Source: an uncultured Acidimicrobiales bacterium (GTDB taxonomy: Bacteria > Actinomycetota > Acidimicrobiia > Acidimicrobiales > RAAP-2). From it: DNA of 64,000 nucleotides. The notes below the pieces were generated by a model, which did not search any database, had not been told where the DNA came from, and saw only the letters and a program-made list of their open reading frames with translations. The translations under genes were made by a program, and so were the position numbers. Below are positions 18,434-27,229 of the stretch, in pieces (the stretch's first letter is position 1; the number at the start of each line of letters is the position of its first letter). Where the stretch lies: assembly GCA_963725395.1 (NCBI GenBank), contig CAVRYH010000013.1:163720-227719 (forward strand), given 5' to 3'.

Positions 18434-19518
18434 CGGAGCACCACCACCGAACGCAGCACCTCCCCCCGCTCCATCCGATGGAACGCCTCCTCCACGTCGG
18501 TGAGTTCGATCGTCTCGCTCACGAACCGGTCGAGATCGAGCCGGCCCTGGAGGTAGAGGTCCACGAGGAGGGGGAAGTCCCGTGACGGCAGGCAGTCCCC
18601 GTACCAGCTGGGTCGCAGCTGGCCACCCCGGCCGAAGAAGTCGATCATCGGAAGGTCGATGCGCATGTCGGGCGTCGGCACGCCGACCTGCACCAGCGTG
18701 CCCGCAAGGTCGCGGGCGTAGAAGGCCTGCTCCATCACGGTCGGGTTGCCGACCGCCTCGATGCACACGTCGGCACCGTTCCCCCCGGTGAGGCCCTGCA
18801 CGGCGGCGACCACATCCTCGCGGGAGGCGTCGACGACGTTGGTTGCGCCGAAGGCACGGGCCAGTTCGAGCTTGCCCGGGTCGAGGTCGACGGCGATGAT
18901 CCTGGCCGCCCCGGCCAGTCGGGCGCCGGCGACAGCGGCACAGCCGACACCACCGCAGCCGAAGACGGCGACCGAGTCCCCCGGACCCACCTCGCCGGTG
19001 AGCATGGTCGATCCCAGTCCGGCCATGACCCCGCAGCCCAGGAGGCCGACGGCCTCGGGTTTAGCGGCCGGGTCGACCTTTGTGCACTGGCCGGCCGCCA
19101 CCAAGGTCCTCTCGGCGAACGCCCCGATCCCGAGCGCGGGGGTGAGCGGCGTCCCGTCGACGAGCGTCATCTTCTCGACGGCGTTGGCCGTGGAGAAGCA
19201 GTACCAGGGGCGGCCCCGGCGGCACGACCGGCACTCCCCGCACACCGCCCTCCAGTTGAGGACCACGAAGTCCCCCGGGGCCACCGAGGTGACTCCGGAC
19301 CCGACCTGTTCGACCACGCCGGCCGCCTCGTGGCCCAAGAGGAAGGGGAACTCGTCGCTGATGCCACCCTCGCGGTAGTGGAGGTCGGTGTGGCACACGC
19401 CACAGGCCTGCACCCGCACCACCGCCTCGCCCGGACCGGGGTCGGGAACCAGGACTCCCACCACCGAGACCGGCTCCCCCTCGGCCATCGCCACCACGCC
19501 CCGCACCTCAGCTGTCAT
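18430..19518 (-). CDS. Zn-dependent class III alcohol dehydrogenase, S-(hydroxymethyl)mycothiol dehydrogenase-like
   Basis: The ATG at 19518 is preceded by [26 protein letters not shown], the structural Zn site [15 protein letters not shown] and GCGGVG support the call. Confidence 0.85.
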   Translation of the reverse strand: MTAEVRGVVAMAEGEPVSVVGVLVPDPGPGEAVVRVQACGVCHTDLHYREGGISDEFPFLLGHEAAGVVEQVGSGVTSVAPGDFVVLNWRAVCGECRSCRRGRPWYCFSTANAVEKMTLVDGTPLTPALGIGAFAERTLVAAGQCTKVDPAAKPEAVGLLGCGVMAGLGSTMLTGEVGPGDSVAVFGCGGVGCAAVAGARLAGAARIIAVDLDPGKLELARAFGATNVVDASREDVVAAVQGLTGGNGADVCIEAVGNPTVMEQAFYARDLAGTLVQVGVPTPDMRIDLPMIDFFGRGGQLRPSWYGDCLPSRDFPLLVDLYLQGRLDLDRFVSETIELTDVEEAFHRMERGEVLRSVVVLR

Positions 19519-19576
19519 GCTCCACTCCCCGTCGCGTCGATCGGTTGTCCCGGGCCAGTGTGCCATGCCGGCTCAC

Positions 19577-20941
19577 TCAGGCCATCGTGTCCAGGATCTC
19601 CTCGATCATCTCCACCGTGGTGTCCGGATGGAGCAGGGCCAATCGCCCTATCGACTCGCCCTCCCAGGTGGTGGGCACGACGAATCCGATCTGGTCGCTC
19701 AGCAGCCGGTCGGACCACTGCTCGTAGTCCTCGCGACCCCAGCCGGTCCGGCGGAAGAGGACCACCGAGAGCTCCGGCCGCCGCACCAGTTCCACGTGGG
19801 GCAGCCGTTCGATGAGGTCCGCGGCCTGCTGGGTGACGGTCAGCACGGTCTCGATGGCCTCGCGGTACGCATCGGTCCCGTTGACGGCCAGTGAGAACCA
19901 CAGGGGTAGCCCACGCGCCCGCCGCGTCAGGTGGTAGGCGTAGTCGCTCGGGTTCCACTCCTCGGGGGCGTCGGTGTGGAGCACGTCGAGGTAGGAGGCG
20001 TCCTGGGTGTGCACGGCCTTGGCCAGGTTGGGCTCCCGGTAGATGAGGCCGGCACAGTCGAAGGGGGCGAATAGCCACTTGTGGGGGTCCACCACGAAGG
20101 AGTCGACCAGTTCGATGCCGTCGAAGCGCGCCCGGATCGACGGGGCGAAGAGCGCCGCACAGCCGTAGGCGCCGTCCACGTGGAACCACAGGGACCGTTC
20201 GCGGGCGAGCTCGCCCACGCCGGCCAGATCGTCGATGATCCCCGCGTTGGTGGTTCCCCCGGTGGCCACTACGGCGATGACGTTCTCGCCCCGTGGGCTG
20301 TGCTCGAGCGCGGAGCGCAGGGCACGCCCGGTTAGGCGGTGGTCCTCGCAGGCCACCAGGAGCGCATCGATCCCGAGGACCCGCAGAGCCTTGCCCACCG
20401 ACGAGTGGGCCTCCTCGCTGATGGCGACGGCCGGGCGCACGGGTGCCCGGTTGCCCATGCGGTGGGACGCGGTGTCGCGCGCCACCATCAGGGCCGACAG
20501 ATTGCCGGCCGAGCCCCCGGCCACGAAGCATCCGCCGGCTCCCTCGGGGAGGCCGGCGAGGTCGGAGAGCACGCCGAGAGCTTGGTTCTCCGCGGCGACG
20601 GCCCCGGCCGCCTCCATCCAGCTGGTGCCCTGGAGCGACGAGCACGCCACCACCATGTCGAACAGCAATGCGGCCTTGGTCGGCGCCGCCGGGATGAACG
20701 AGAGGAAGCGCGGACTGTCGCACGAAACCACGGCCGTGGCCAGTTCGTTGTCGAAGAGCTCCATGACCCGGTGGGCGTCGGTGCCGCCCGGGTTGATCAG
20801 TCCCTTGAGACTGGCCTCGAGCGAAGCCGCCTGGGCCCCCCCGAAGTCGAGTGGGACCGGGTCGAGGGCCAGGCGCCAACGGCAGTAGTCGAGGACGAGG
20901 GTGGTCAGTTGCTCGTCGTAGACGAACATGGGGTTGCGCAT
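19577..20941 (-). CDS. PLP-dependent group II amino-acid decarboxylase
   Basis: The ATG at 20941 is preceded by AAGGAC. SGGSAGNL, HVDGAYG and DPHKWLFAPFDCA (PLP lysine) are typical of aromatic-amino-acid/glutamate decarboxylase-type enzymes. Confidence 0.8.
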   Translation of the reverse strand: MRNPMFVYDEQLTTLVLDYCRWRLALDPVPLDFGGAQAASLEASLKGLINPGGTDAHRVMELFDNELATAVVSCDSPRFLSFIPAAPTKAALLFDMVVACSSLQGTSWMEAAGAVAAENQALGVLSDLAGLPEGAGGCFVAGGSAGNLSALMVARDTASHRMGNRAPVRPAVAISEEAHSSVGKALRVLGIDALLVACEDHRLTGRALRSALEHSPRGENVIAVVATGGTTNAGIIDDLAGVGELARERSLWFHVDGAYGCAALFAPSIRARFDGIELVDSFVVDPHKWLFAPFDCAGLIYREPNLAKAVHTQDASYLDVLHTDAPEEWNPSDYAYHLTRRARGLPLWFSLAVNGTDAYREAIETVLTVTQQAADLIERLPHVELVRRPELSVVLFRRTGWGREDYEQWSDRLLSDQIGFVVPTTWEGESIGRLALLHPDTTVEMIEEILDTMA

Positions 20942-21016
20942 GGTGTCCTTTCGGGAGCCGGCCCATGTTGGCAGATCCGACGGGCGCAATCCGCCCCCCG
21001 CCCGACGCACGAGCCC

Positions 21017-22084
21017 TCAGCCAGTAGCCGACCCACCACCGAAGAGGTTCAGCTGCGGCTCGTCCACGGGTCCCAACCGGTGGTACCCGGGGAGGTCCGC
21101 CATGGGCGTGTCCAGGTACACCTTGGCCTCGGGGGGATGGGCGAACCGACCGTGACTCCACCTGATCTCCACGTGGCCGGCGACGGATGCCGGCTGTCCG
21201 TCCCGGCGGCAGCGGTAGGTGCAGGACCAATCGACCCGGGGTTGGCCGGCCTCTCCGGGGGCGATGGTGAAGGCCGAGAGTTCGAACTGCTCACGCCAGT
21301 CCCACGGACTGGCGATCCGGTAGCGGGCCGGCGCTCCGCTGCGGCGGTCGACACCCAGCACGAAGTAGGGGGCACTGCCGATCCGGAGCAGGCGCCAGAG
21401 CATCACCTCGTCAGTCGCCCCCGACGATTCGAGGCTCGTCGCCCACCGCTCCGCCGAGGCGGCGCTGACGGCGCGACACAGTCGGGCGTACGCCGCCCGC
21501 GAGGCGGCGTCGGGGTACGACCGACCCCCGAGGGCGGCGCGGATCGAGGCGAGCTGCTCCTTCGTGCACCCGGAGGGCTCGGACGGGAAGCCGACCAGTC
21601 CTGTGGCCGTAACACAGGACCGGAAGAGCGATCCGAGCTCGGCCGGTGCCACGACCTCGTACCAGTCGCCGCGCTCCCAGTCGCCGCTCGTGGCGAGCAG
21701 CCCGTCGAAGACCCGGCCCGGGGAGGCGTTGGCCAGGATGTCGGACTCGTACTTGCAGCTGACCAGGTAGACGTGGTCGATTCGCAGGTCGATGGGGGCC
21801 ACCTCGTCCCCCGGCGCCCGGCGCCCACCGGTCCACTCGATGATGAGCGGGGTGCGGCCGCGTAGACCGTCGGGCGCCTCGAGCAGCGCACGGCCGTTGG
21901 CGAAGGCCGTGCCCAACTCGGTCGAGTACCGGCCTGATCGTCCGATGCGCCCGAGGTCATCCCATGTCTCGGCCCCCACCCGGATCTCGGGTGGACGATG
22001 GGCGATGGCCGAGTCCGGGTCGCCGAACGGGAGTGTCCCGAGCGCCGTCCCGAGCTCGGTCACCATGGTCCGCTCGTCAGGCAC
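21017..22084 (-). CDS. hypothetical protein, candidate PD-(D/E)xK-type nuclease partner of the adjacent methyltransferase
   Basis: This 355-aa ORF has normal composition and lies 24 nt downstream of the methyltransferase gene. The segment APIDLRIDHVYLVSCKYES resembles a PD...(E/S)xK nuclease core. I recognise no other family. Confidence 0.4.
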   Translation of the reverse strand: MPDERTMVTELGTALGTLPFGDPDSAIAHRPPEIRVGAETWDDLGRIGRSGRYSTELGTAFANGRALLEAPDGLRGRTPLIIEWTGGRRAPGDEVAPIDLRIDHVYLVSCKYESDILANASPGRVFDGLLATSGDWERGDWYEVVAPAELGSLFRSCVTATGLVGFPSEPSGCTKEQLASIRAALGGRSYPDAASRAAYARLCRAVSAASAERWATSLESSGATDEVMLWRLLRIGSAPYFVLGVDRRSGAPARYRIASPWDWREQFELSAFTIAPGEAGQPRVDWSCTYRCRRDGQPASVAGHVEIRWSHGRFAHPPEAKVYLDTPMADLPGYHRLGPVDEPQLNLFGGGSATG

Positions 22085-22108
22085 CGAGCGCGCGCTCCGA
22101 CGGCGGGG

Positions 22109-23587
22109 TCATCCGCGGGTTGAGCCGCCCGAACCGTAGGCGCGCAGCCGGTGCATGGACTCGGGGTCGAGCAGCTCGAGGACATCGTGGACCGGACCGG
22201 AGCCATCGGGGCCGGTCACCGCCCGCAGCGCCTTCCCCCCAGCCGTACGGGCACCGGGGACCTCCGTGGAAAGGAGGACGAGGGGGCCGAGGTCGTCGCG
22301 GCCGGGATCGCTCCCTCGGGCCTGATGGAGGACGCTGGCCTTGCCCAAGGCCTTCAGCAGCACATCCGGACGCCGAAGGCCCGGCCGGGTCGTCGAGTAG
22401 GCACCCGAGAGGTCGAAGAGCCAGCAGTGTCCCTTGGCGTCCCGCGCCCGGAAGTCGACGGCGATGCCCAGGTCCCCATAGGCCACATTGGGCTCGATGC
22501 CCTCGAACCCGCTGGCCTCGAGGGCCTGGTGGGCCAGCTGGCGGGCCTTCTGGCCGAGGCCCACGGCGTCGGCGTCGACCGCTGCGGACCCGGTGGGGGG
22601 GACGGTGACCCGCCGGTCGAGCCCGGGGTCGGGTGCGGGCACGGCGGCCCGCTCGCGGGCCACCCGGTCGAGGGCCAACGCCACGTAGGCCTCGTCGGTG
22701 TCGAAGCCGACGAAATGGCGCTCGGTGCGGACGGCGGCGACGGCCGTCGATCCCGAGCCCATGAACGGGTCGAGGACGAGATCGCCACGGTAGGTGTAGA
22801 GCTCGATGAGCCGCCGGGGCAGCTCCACTGGGAACGGTGCCGGGTGGCCGACTCGGGTTGCGGACTCGGTGGGGATGTCCCAGACGTCGAGGGTGGCATC
22901 AACGAACTCGTCCATCGTGATGGTTCCCTCGCACGGGAGGCCCTGGACGGCACGCTCGCCGGCGGTGAGGGCCCGGTCGAACCGGCCTTTCGACGCCACG
23001 ACGATTCGCTCGCTCACGTCACGCAGGACAGGATTGCCCGGCCGTTGATACGTTCCCCACGCGCACGAACCTCCCGCGGCGCGGCTCTTCTGCCAGATGA
23101 TTTCCCCCCGTAGGAGGTAGCCCTGGCCCTCGAGCAGGTCGATGACGTCCCTCGACAGCGAGCGGTAGGGCTTGCGTCCCAGATTGGCCACGTTCACAGC
23201 GATGCGACCGCCGGGTTCGAGCTTGTCGAAACACTGAGCGAAGACGGCGTCGAGCATGCCCAGGTAGGCGTGGTAGTCGGCGGGGACGTGACCGACACCG
23301 AGCGCAGCCTCGTACTCCTTCCCGGCGAAGTACGGCGGTGACGTGACCACCAGAGCCACCGAATTGTCGACGATGTCGCCGTGCCGGTTCATGGCGCGGG
23401 CGTCCCCGGCCCAGACCGTGTCCAGCGCGGTGGGCCGATTGATGTCGCTGTCGTCGGACAGGAGCGGTGGGGTGAAACGGGCGTAGAACGGCGAAGAGTC
23501 GTGGGCCTCCCGCCGTCCGACGCCGAATGACGAGGTAGAGGTGGGCCGACGTCGGGGAGCCCGGCGGATGGGCTCGACGTTGCTCAT
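22109..23587 (-). CDS. beta-class N4/N6 DNA methyltransferase (SPPY motif) with about 170-aa C-terminal extra domain
   Basis: Motif IV VVTSPPYFAGKEY precedes motif I LDPFMGSGSTAVAA, the beta-class order. Start set at the ATG at 23587 (MSNVEP...); the track ORF starts 10 codons earlier. The C-terminal region (..GIAVDFRARDAKGHCWLFDLSGAY..) is not part of a standard methylase core. Confidence 0.8.
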   Translation of the reverse strand: MSNVEPIRRAPRRRPTSTSSFGVGRREAHDSSPFYARFTPPLLSDDSDINRPTALDTVWAGDARAMNRHGDIVDNSVALVVTSPPYFAGKEYEAALGVGHVPADYHAYLGMLDAVFAQCFDKLEPGGRIAVNVANLGRKPYRSLSRDVIDLLEGQGYLLRGEIIWQKSRAAGGSCAWGTYQRPGNPVLRDVSERIVVASKGRFDRALTAGERAVQGLPCEGTITMDEFVDATLDVWDIPTESATRVGHPAPFPVELPRRLIELYTYRGDLVLDPFMGSGSTAVAAVRTERHFVGFDTDEAYVALALDRVARERAAVPAPDPGLDRRVTVPPTGSAAVDADAVGLGQKARQLAHQALEASGFEGIEPNVAYGDLGIAVDFRARDAKGHCWLFDLSGAYSTTRPGLRRPDVLLKALGKASVLHQARGSDPGRDDLGPLVLLSTEVPGARTAGGKALRAVTGPDGSGPVHDVLELLDPESMHRLRAYGSGGSTRG

Positions 23588-23796
23588 CGCGGGCCGGACC
23601 CGTGGTCGGTGGTCCATCGCGTCGGGGAGGCCGTCGGTTGTGCGGGCACGGGGCAGATCATACGGAAGGGTTGTGACGCGACGACGGGGTGCCGGTCGCT
23701 TGCCCTCGCATGGCTAAGGAGGCTAGCGGTGCCCCCGTTCCACCCAGGGGATGGGCTCAGCCGGGCGGTCGGGCATCGCTCCCCTCGCCGGCGAAC

Positions 23797-25086
23797 CTAG
23801 CCGCCGTTGAGGTACTGGCTGATCGACTCACCCACCACCACGCACGAGGAGAGCGAGACGCAGCTGACCGCGGTCAGCGACTGGGGCGAATGGTCCACGG
23901 CCGGATGGCTCCACGGGTGGATGGACGCGCCGGTGAGGACGATCAGTCCGGCCTCGGGGGAGGCTGCCACGGCGCTGCCCACGGCCACGCAGGTGCCGAT
24001 TGCCGTGCAGGAGATGTCCATCAGGGCAGCGGATGCGGCGGTGACGGGTTGGCTGGTCCAGGTGGCCCCACCGTTGTCCGACGTGAGCAACACCCCCCGC
24101 CCGGTCCGCACACCGTTGAGGGTGGTGGCCGTCGTGCCCACCACAGCGCAGCGGGCTCCGGCCACTCCGACGACCGGGGCCGGAGCGGAGGTCGTGGTCG
24201 ACGCCGGTGCCCCGGCGGTTGGTGCCCCGACCGGGGCGGTGGCCGCCGGAACCGCACCGGTCCCCGAGGGGGCGCCAGCCAGGCACGAGACACCATCAAG
24301 GGAGCCGAGGCCCTTCGGCGTCGGGACCGTCGCCCAGGTGGTGCCCCCGTCCGTCGTCAGGGCCACCGTGCCCGTGATGGCATCGGCACCGGCCGCGGTC
24401 CGGGCGGTGACCCAGCAGTCGTCCTCCGTGCACGAGATCGCCGTCGCACCCGTCGTGCCTGGCGGGAGTGCTCCGGCCGCCGTCCACCCCGACTGCGGCG
24501 AGCTCGACGTGAGGGCGATCGCCCCTCCCGTCGTCGCCCCGATGGCGACGCAGCTACCACCCGGCCTGCAGGTCACAGCGGTGACATCGAGGACACCAAC
24601 TGGTACCGGCTCCAGCTTCCAGGTGGCCCCCCCGTCGTCGGTGCCGATGGTCACACCCTGCCCGTCCGTCGTCTGGGTCGCCTGGCCGACCGCGGTGCAC
24701 GAGCGGTCGTCGCTACAGGCGATGCGGGACAGGTAGCCGACCTGCGGAGGGATGACCTCGATGGACCATGTCATCCCTCCGTCGTCGGTGGCGATCACCG
24801 CGGCACCGTTCGGGGCCCCCGCACCTCCGACCGTCGATCCGACGGCCCAGCAGTGCGAGGGGCTGGGACAGGTCACATCGGTGAGGGAGTTGACAGGGGC
24901 CGGCGGGGTGACGCTGGTGAATCCTCCGACCCACGGCGCGCCGGCAGCCAGGGTGGACGTCGTGGTCGTACCCCCCGATGCCGAGGTGTTCGAGCAGCCG
25001 GCCGTGGCGAGCAGCGTCATGACGGCCAGGACAGGTGCCAGGCGCCACGGGAGCGGTCGGCTCCTTCGCCCTCGTCGAGTGCTCAC
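23797..25086 (-). CDS. lipoprotein with BNR/Ycf48-like beta-propeller repeats
   Basis: Track ORF trimmed to the GTG at 25086. It has a signal peptide plus lipobox (LLATAGC). There are repeated TDDGG.TW / TSDNGGATW blades, each flanked by a C....C.AVG motif. Confidence 0.65.
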   Translation of the reverse strand: MSTRRGRRSRPLPWRLAPVLAVMTLLATAGCSNTSASGGTTTTSTLAAGAPWVGGFTSVTPPAPVNSLTDVTCPSPSHCWAVGSTVGGAGAPNGAAVIATDDGGMTWSIEVIPPQVGYLSRIACSDDRSCTAVGQATQTTDGQGVTIGTDDGGATWKLEPVPVGVLDVTAVTCRPGGSCVAIGATTGGAIALTSSSPQSGWTAAGALPPGTTGATAISCTEDDCWVTARTAAGADAITGTVALTTDGGTTWATVPTPKGLGSLDGVSCLAGAPSGTGAVPAATAPVGAPTAGAPASTTTSAPAPVVGVAGARCAVVGTTATTLNGVRTGRGVLLTSDNGGATWTSQPVTAASAALMDISCTAIGTCVAVGSAVAASPEAGLIVLTGASIHPWSHPAVDHSPQSLTAVSCVSLSSCVVVGESISQYLNGG

Positions 25087-25102
25087 GGCCCGAAGGGTGG
25101 GA

Positions 25103-25792
25103 TCAGCGGACCTTGACGACGTCGGTCTTGGCCACCTTGTCGTGGAAGCCCTGGCGGCGCCGGTCCCACAGGGGGGACAGGGCGGCCACCAGCGTGTAGA
25201 TGCCGAGGACCCCTCCGACCACAGGCACCCAGGAGAAGACGAGGCCCGGATAGAGAACCAGGATCCTGAGCCCGCCCCGTTGGGTGCCGATGGCCCCGCC
25301 CGAGGATTCGTCACGCACGGCGATGCCCAGTGCCATCTGCCCGACCGTTTGGCCGTGCTCGCTCCCGTTCAGCAGTGCGAAGTAGGCCAGGTCGATGACA
25401 GCGAAGATGATCCCGATCACGACGACCCCGCCGCGCCAGTCGGACGAGAAGACGCCTCCCCCGTTGTCCCGGCCCACGACGATGGCGAGGATGATGCTCT
25501 TCGGGACTCCGAGGATCAACCCGTCGAGGATGATGGCCACCAGCCGCTGCCACCATGCAGCCAGGGGACGACCGAACCGGTCCGTGGGGACGGCGACGTA
25601 GCCGTAGGTCGGTCCCGGATTCGATGGAGGAGGTGGCATCCTGGGCGGCATCGGTGGTGGCGGAGCCGCCGGGGGCGGCATCGGTGGGGGCGCGGACGGC
25701 GGGACCGCCGGGTCCGCACCCTGCCCCTCCGGCGACGACCGGCCTGACGGCCCTTCCGGGCCCTCGCCCCCGGGGGGCGTCAGATCGCTCAC
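25103..25792 (-). CDS. RDD-family membrane protein with Pro-rich N-terminus
   Basis: The N-terminal PPPMPPPAAPPPPMPP tract is followed by WWQRLVAIILDGLIL...GQT.G....G..V and a C-terminal R.G.HDK.A.T.VV pattern, typical of the RDD domain. Confidence 0.75.
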   Translation of the reverse strand: MSDLTPPGGEGPEGPSGRSSPEGQGADPAVPPSAPPPMPPPAAPPPPMPPRMPPPPSNPGPTYGYVAVPTDRFGRPLAAWWQRLVAIILDGLILGVPKSIILAIVVGRDNGGGVFSSDWRGGVVVIGIIFAVIDLAYFALLNGSEHGQTVGQMALGIAVRDESSGGAIGTQRGGLRILVLYPGLVFSWVPVVGGVLGIYTLVAALSPLWDRRRQGFHDKVAKTDVVKVR

Positions 25793-25998
25793 GATGAACC
25801 CCGCTCACTCGAGTTGCGTCCGCACCGGCACCGTTCGGCCGGCGGAACGTCCGATTCCGCCAACGATCTTGCCACGCGGCCATCCCCGAGCAGGTGATGA
25901 CGGCTGGTGGCAACGACAGGGGTCTACCGTTGGCCAGTGGTGCTGGCCCTGCGAACCTCTCCGTGCCCTTGTCTGGCCCGTACCGGGCGGTCCAGGAG

Positions 25999-27171
25999 AT
26001 GACCCTGGTCGACGTGGCCGTGCTGGTCATCGTGGCGCTGGCGGCCGTCCAGGGGCTCAGGCTCGGTGCCATCGTGCAGGTGCTCTCGTTCGGGGGCTTC
26101 CTGGGCGGCCTCTATCTCGGTGCCCGCCTGGCGTCGGTGACCGTGCGGGGTGTCCACTCGCAGTCGACGCGGACCCTGGTGGCCCTCGGGACGATGATCG
26201 GCGTGGCCATCCTGTGCGGCGTCGCGGGCCGTGTGGTCGGCAATCTGGCCTTCCGGCACGTCCACAAGGGATTTCTCGGCTCGGTCGACTCGGTCCTCGG
26301 CGTGGCCGTGGCCGTCACCGCCACGCTGTTGATCGTGTGGCTGGTGGCCAACACGCTGATCAACTCTTCGTCGGTCAGCCTCAACTCGTCCATCGACCGG
26401 TCACAGATCATCCGGTCACTCGACAGCGTGCTTCCGCCGCCGCCATCGGTGTTCTCGCAGGTGCAGAGCTTCCTGTCCGCGGAGGGGTTCCCTCCGGTCT
26501 TCGCCCAGTTGGCGCCGGCCTCGGCCGGTCCGGTCCCGGTGACCGGCGGTGCCGAGGTTCAACAGGCGGTCGCCCGGGCCGGTGCCTCCACGGTCAAGGT
26601 CGTCGGCATCGGCTGCGGGGGGATCCAGGAGGGTTCGGGATTCGTCGTGGCGCCCGGATTGGTGGTGACCAACGCGCACGTGGTTGCCGGCATCGCCCAC
26701 CCCATGGTCGAGGACATGAACGGTTCGCACCAGACGTCGGTCGTCCTGTTCGATCCCTCCTACGACCTGGCGCTGATGAGGGTCGGGGGGCTGACGGAAC
26801 CGACGCTCGCCCTCGATCCGGCCAACGTCGCCCGCGGGACCACCGCCGCGGTGCTCGGCTACCCGGAGGGCGGTCAGTTCACGGCCACCCCCGCCGGGGT
26901 CATGGCCGAGTTCGAGGCCGAGGGTCGCGACATCTACGGGCAGGGACTGACGCTGCGCAATGTCTATGAGGTCCAGGCGGTCGTGCGACCCGGTAACTCC
27001 GGGGGTCCGCTCGTGGAGCCCGACGGTGAGGTGATCGGCGTGGTCTTCTCCCGATCGACCATCAACGACGACATCGGGTATGCCCTCACGTCACCGGGCG
27101 TGCTGACGCGGGTGCTCGGGGCCCGTACCGCCACAACCTCCGTCGGCACCGGTTCCTGCACCCCGGGCTGA
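25999..27171 (+). CDS. MarP-like membrane-anchored trypsin-family serine protease (CvpA-type N-terminal TM domain)
   Basis: Four N-terminal TM helices precede a chymotrypsin-fold domain with TNAHVV (His), DLAL (Asp) and GNSGGPL (Ser). The start is uncertain (ATG at 25999 or further upstream in track ORF 25894). Confidence 0.75.
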   Translation: MTLVDVAVLVIVALAAVQGLRLGAIVQVLSFGGFLGGLYLGARLASVTVRGVHSQSTRTLVALGTMIGVAILCGVAGRVVGNLAFRHVHKGFLGSVDSVLGVAVAVTATLLIVWLVANTLINSSSVSLNSSIDRSQIIRSLDSVLPPPPSVFSQVQSFLSAEGFPPVFAQLAPASAGPVPVTGGAEVQQAVARAGASTVKVVGIGCGGIQEGSGFVVAPGLVVTNAHVVAGIAHPMVEDMNGSHQTSVVLFDPSYDLALMRVGGLTEPTLALDPANVARGTTAAVLGYPEGGQFTATPAGVMAEFEAEGRDIYGQGLTLRNVYEVQAVVRPGNSGGPLVEPDGEVIGVVFSRSTINDDIGYALTSPGVLTRVLGARTATTSVGTGSCTPG

Positions 27172-27229
27172 CGACTCCGGCCGGGCAGTGGGCCGCCGGT
27201 CCGCAATTGGCGGCATCCCCGACTAGACA

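Noticed and set aside
19515-21865. Long ORFs 19515..21230 (-, 571 aa) and 20339..21865 (+, 508 aa)
   Set aside because: They are off-frame or antisense to the PLP decarboxylase and the 355-aa ORF. Both are extremely Arg/Gly/Pro-rich with no motifs.
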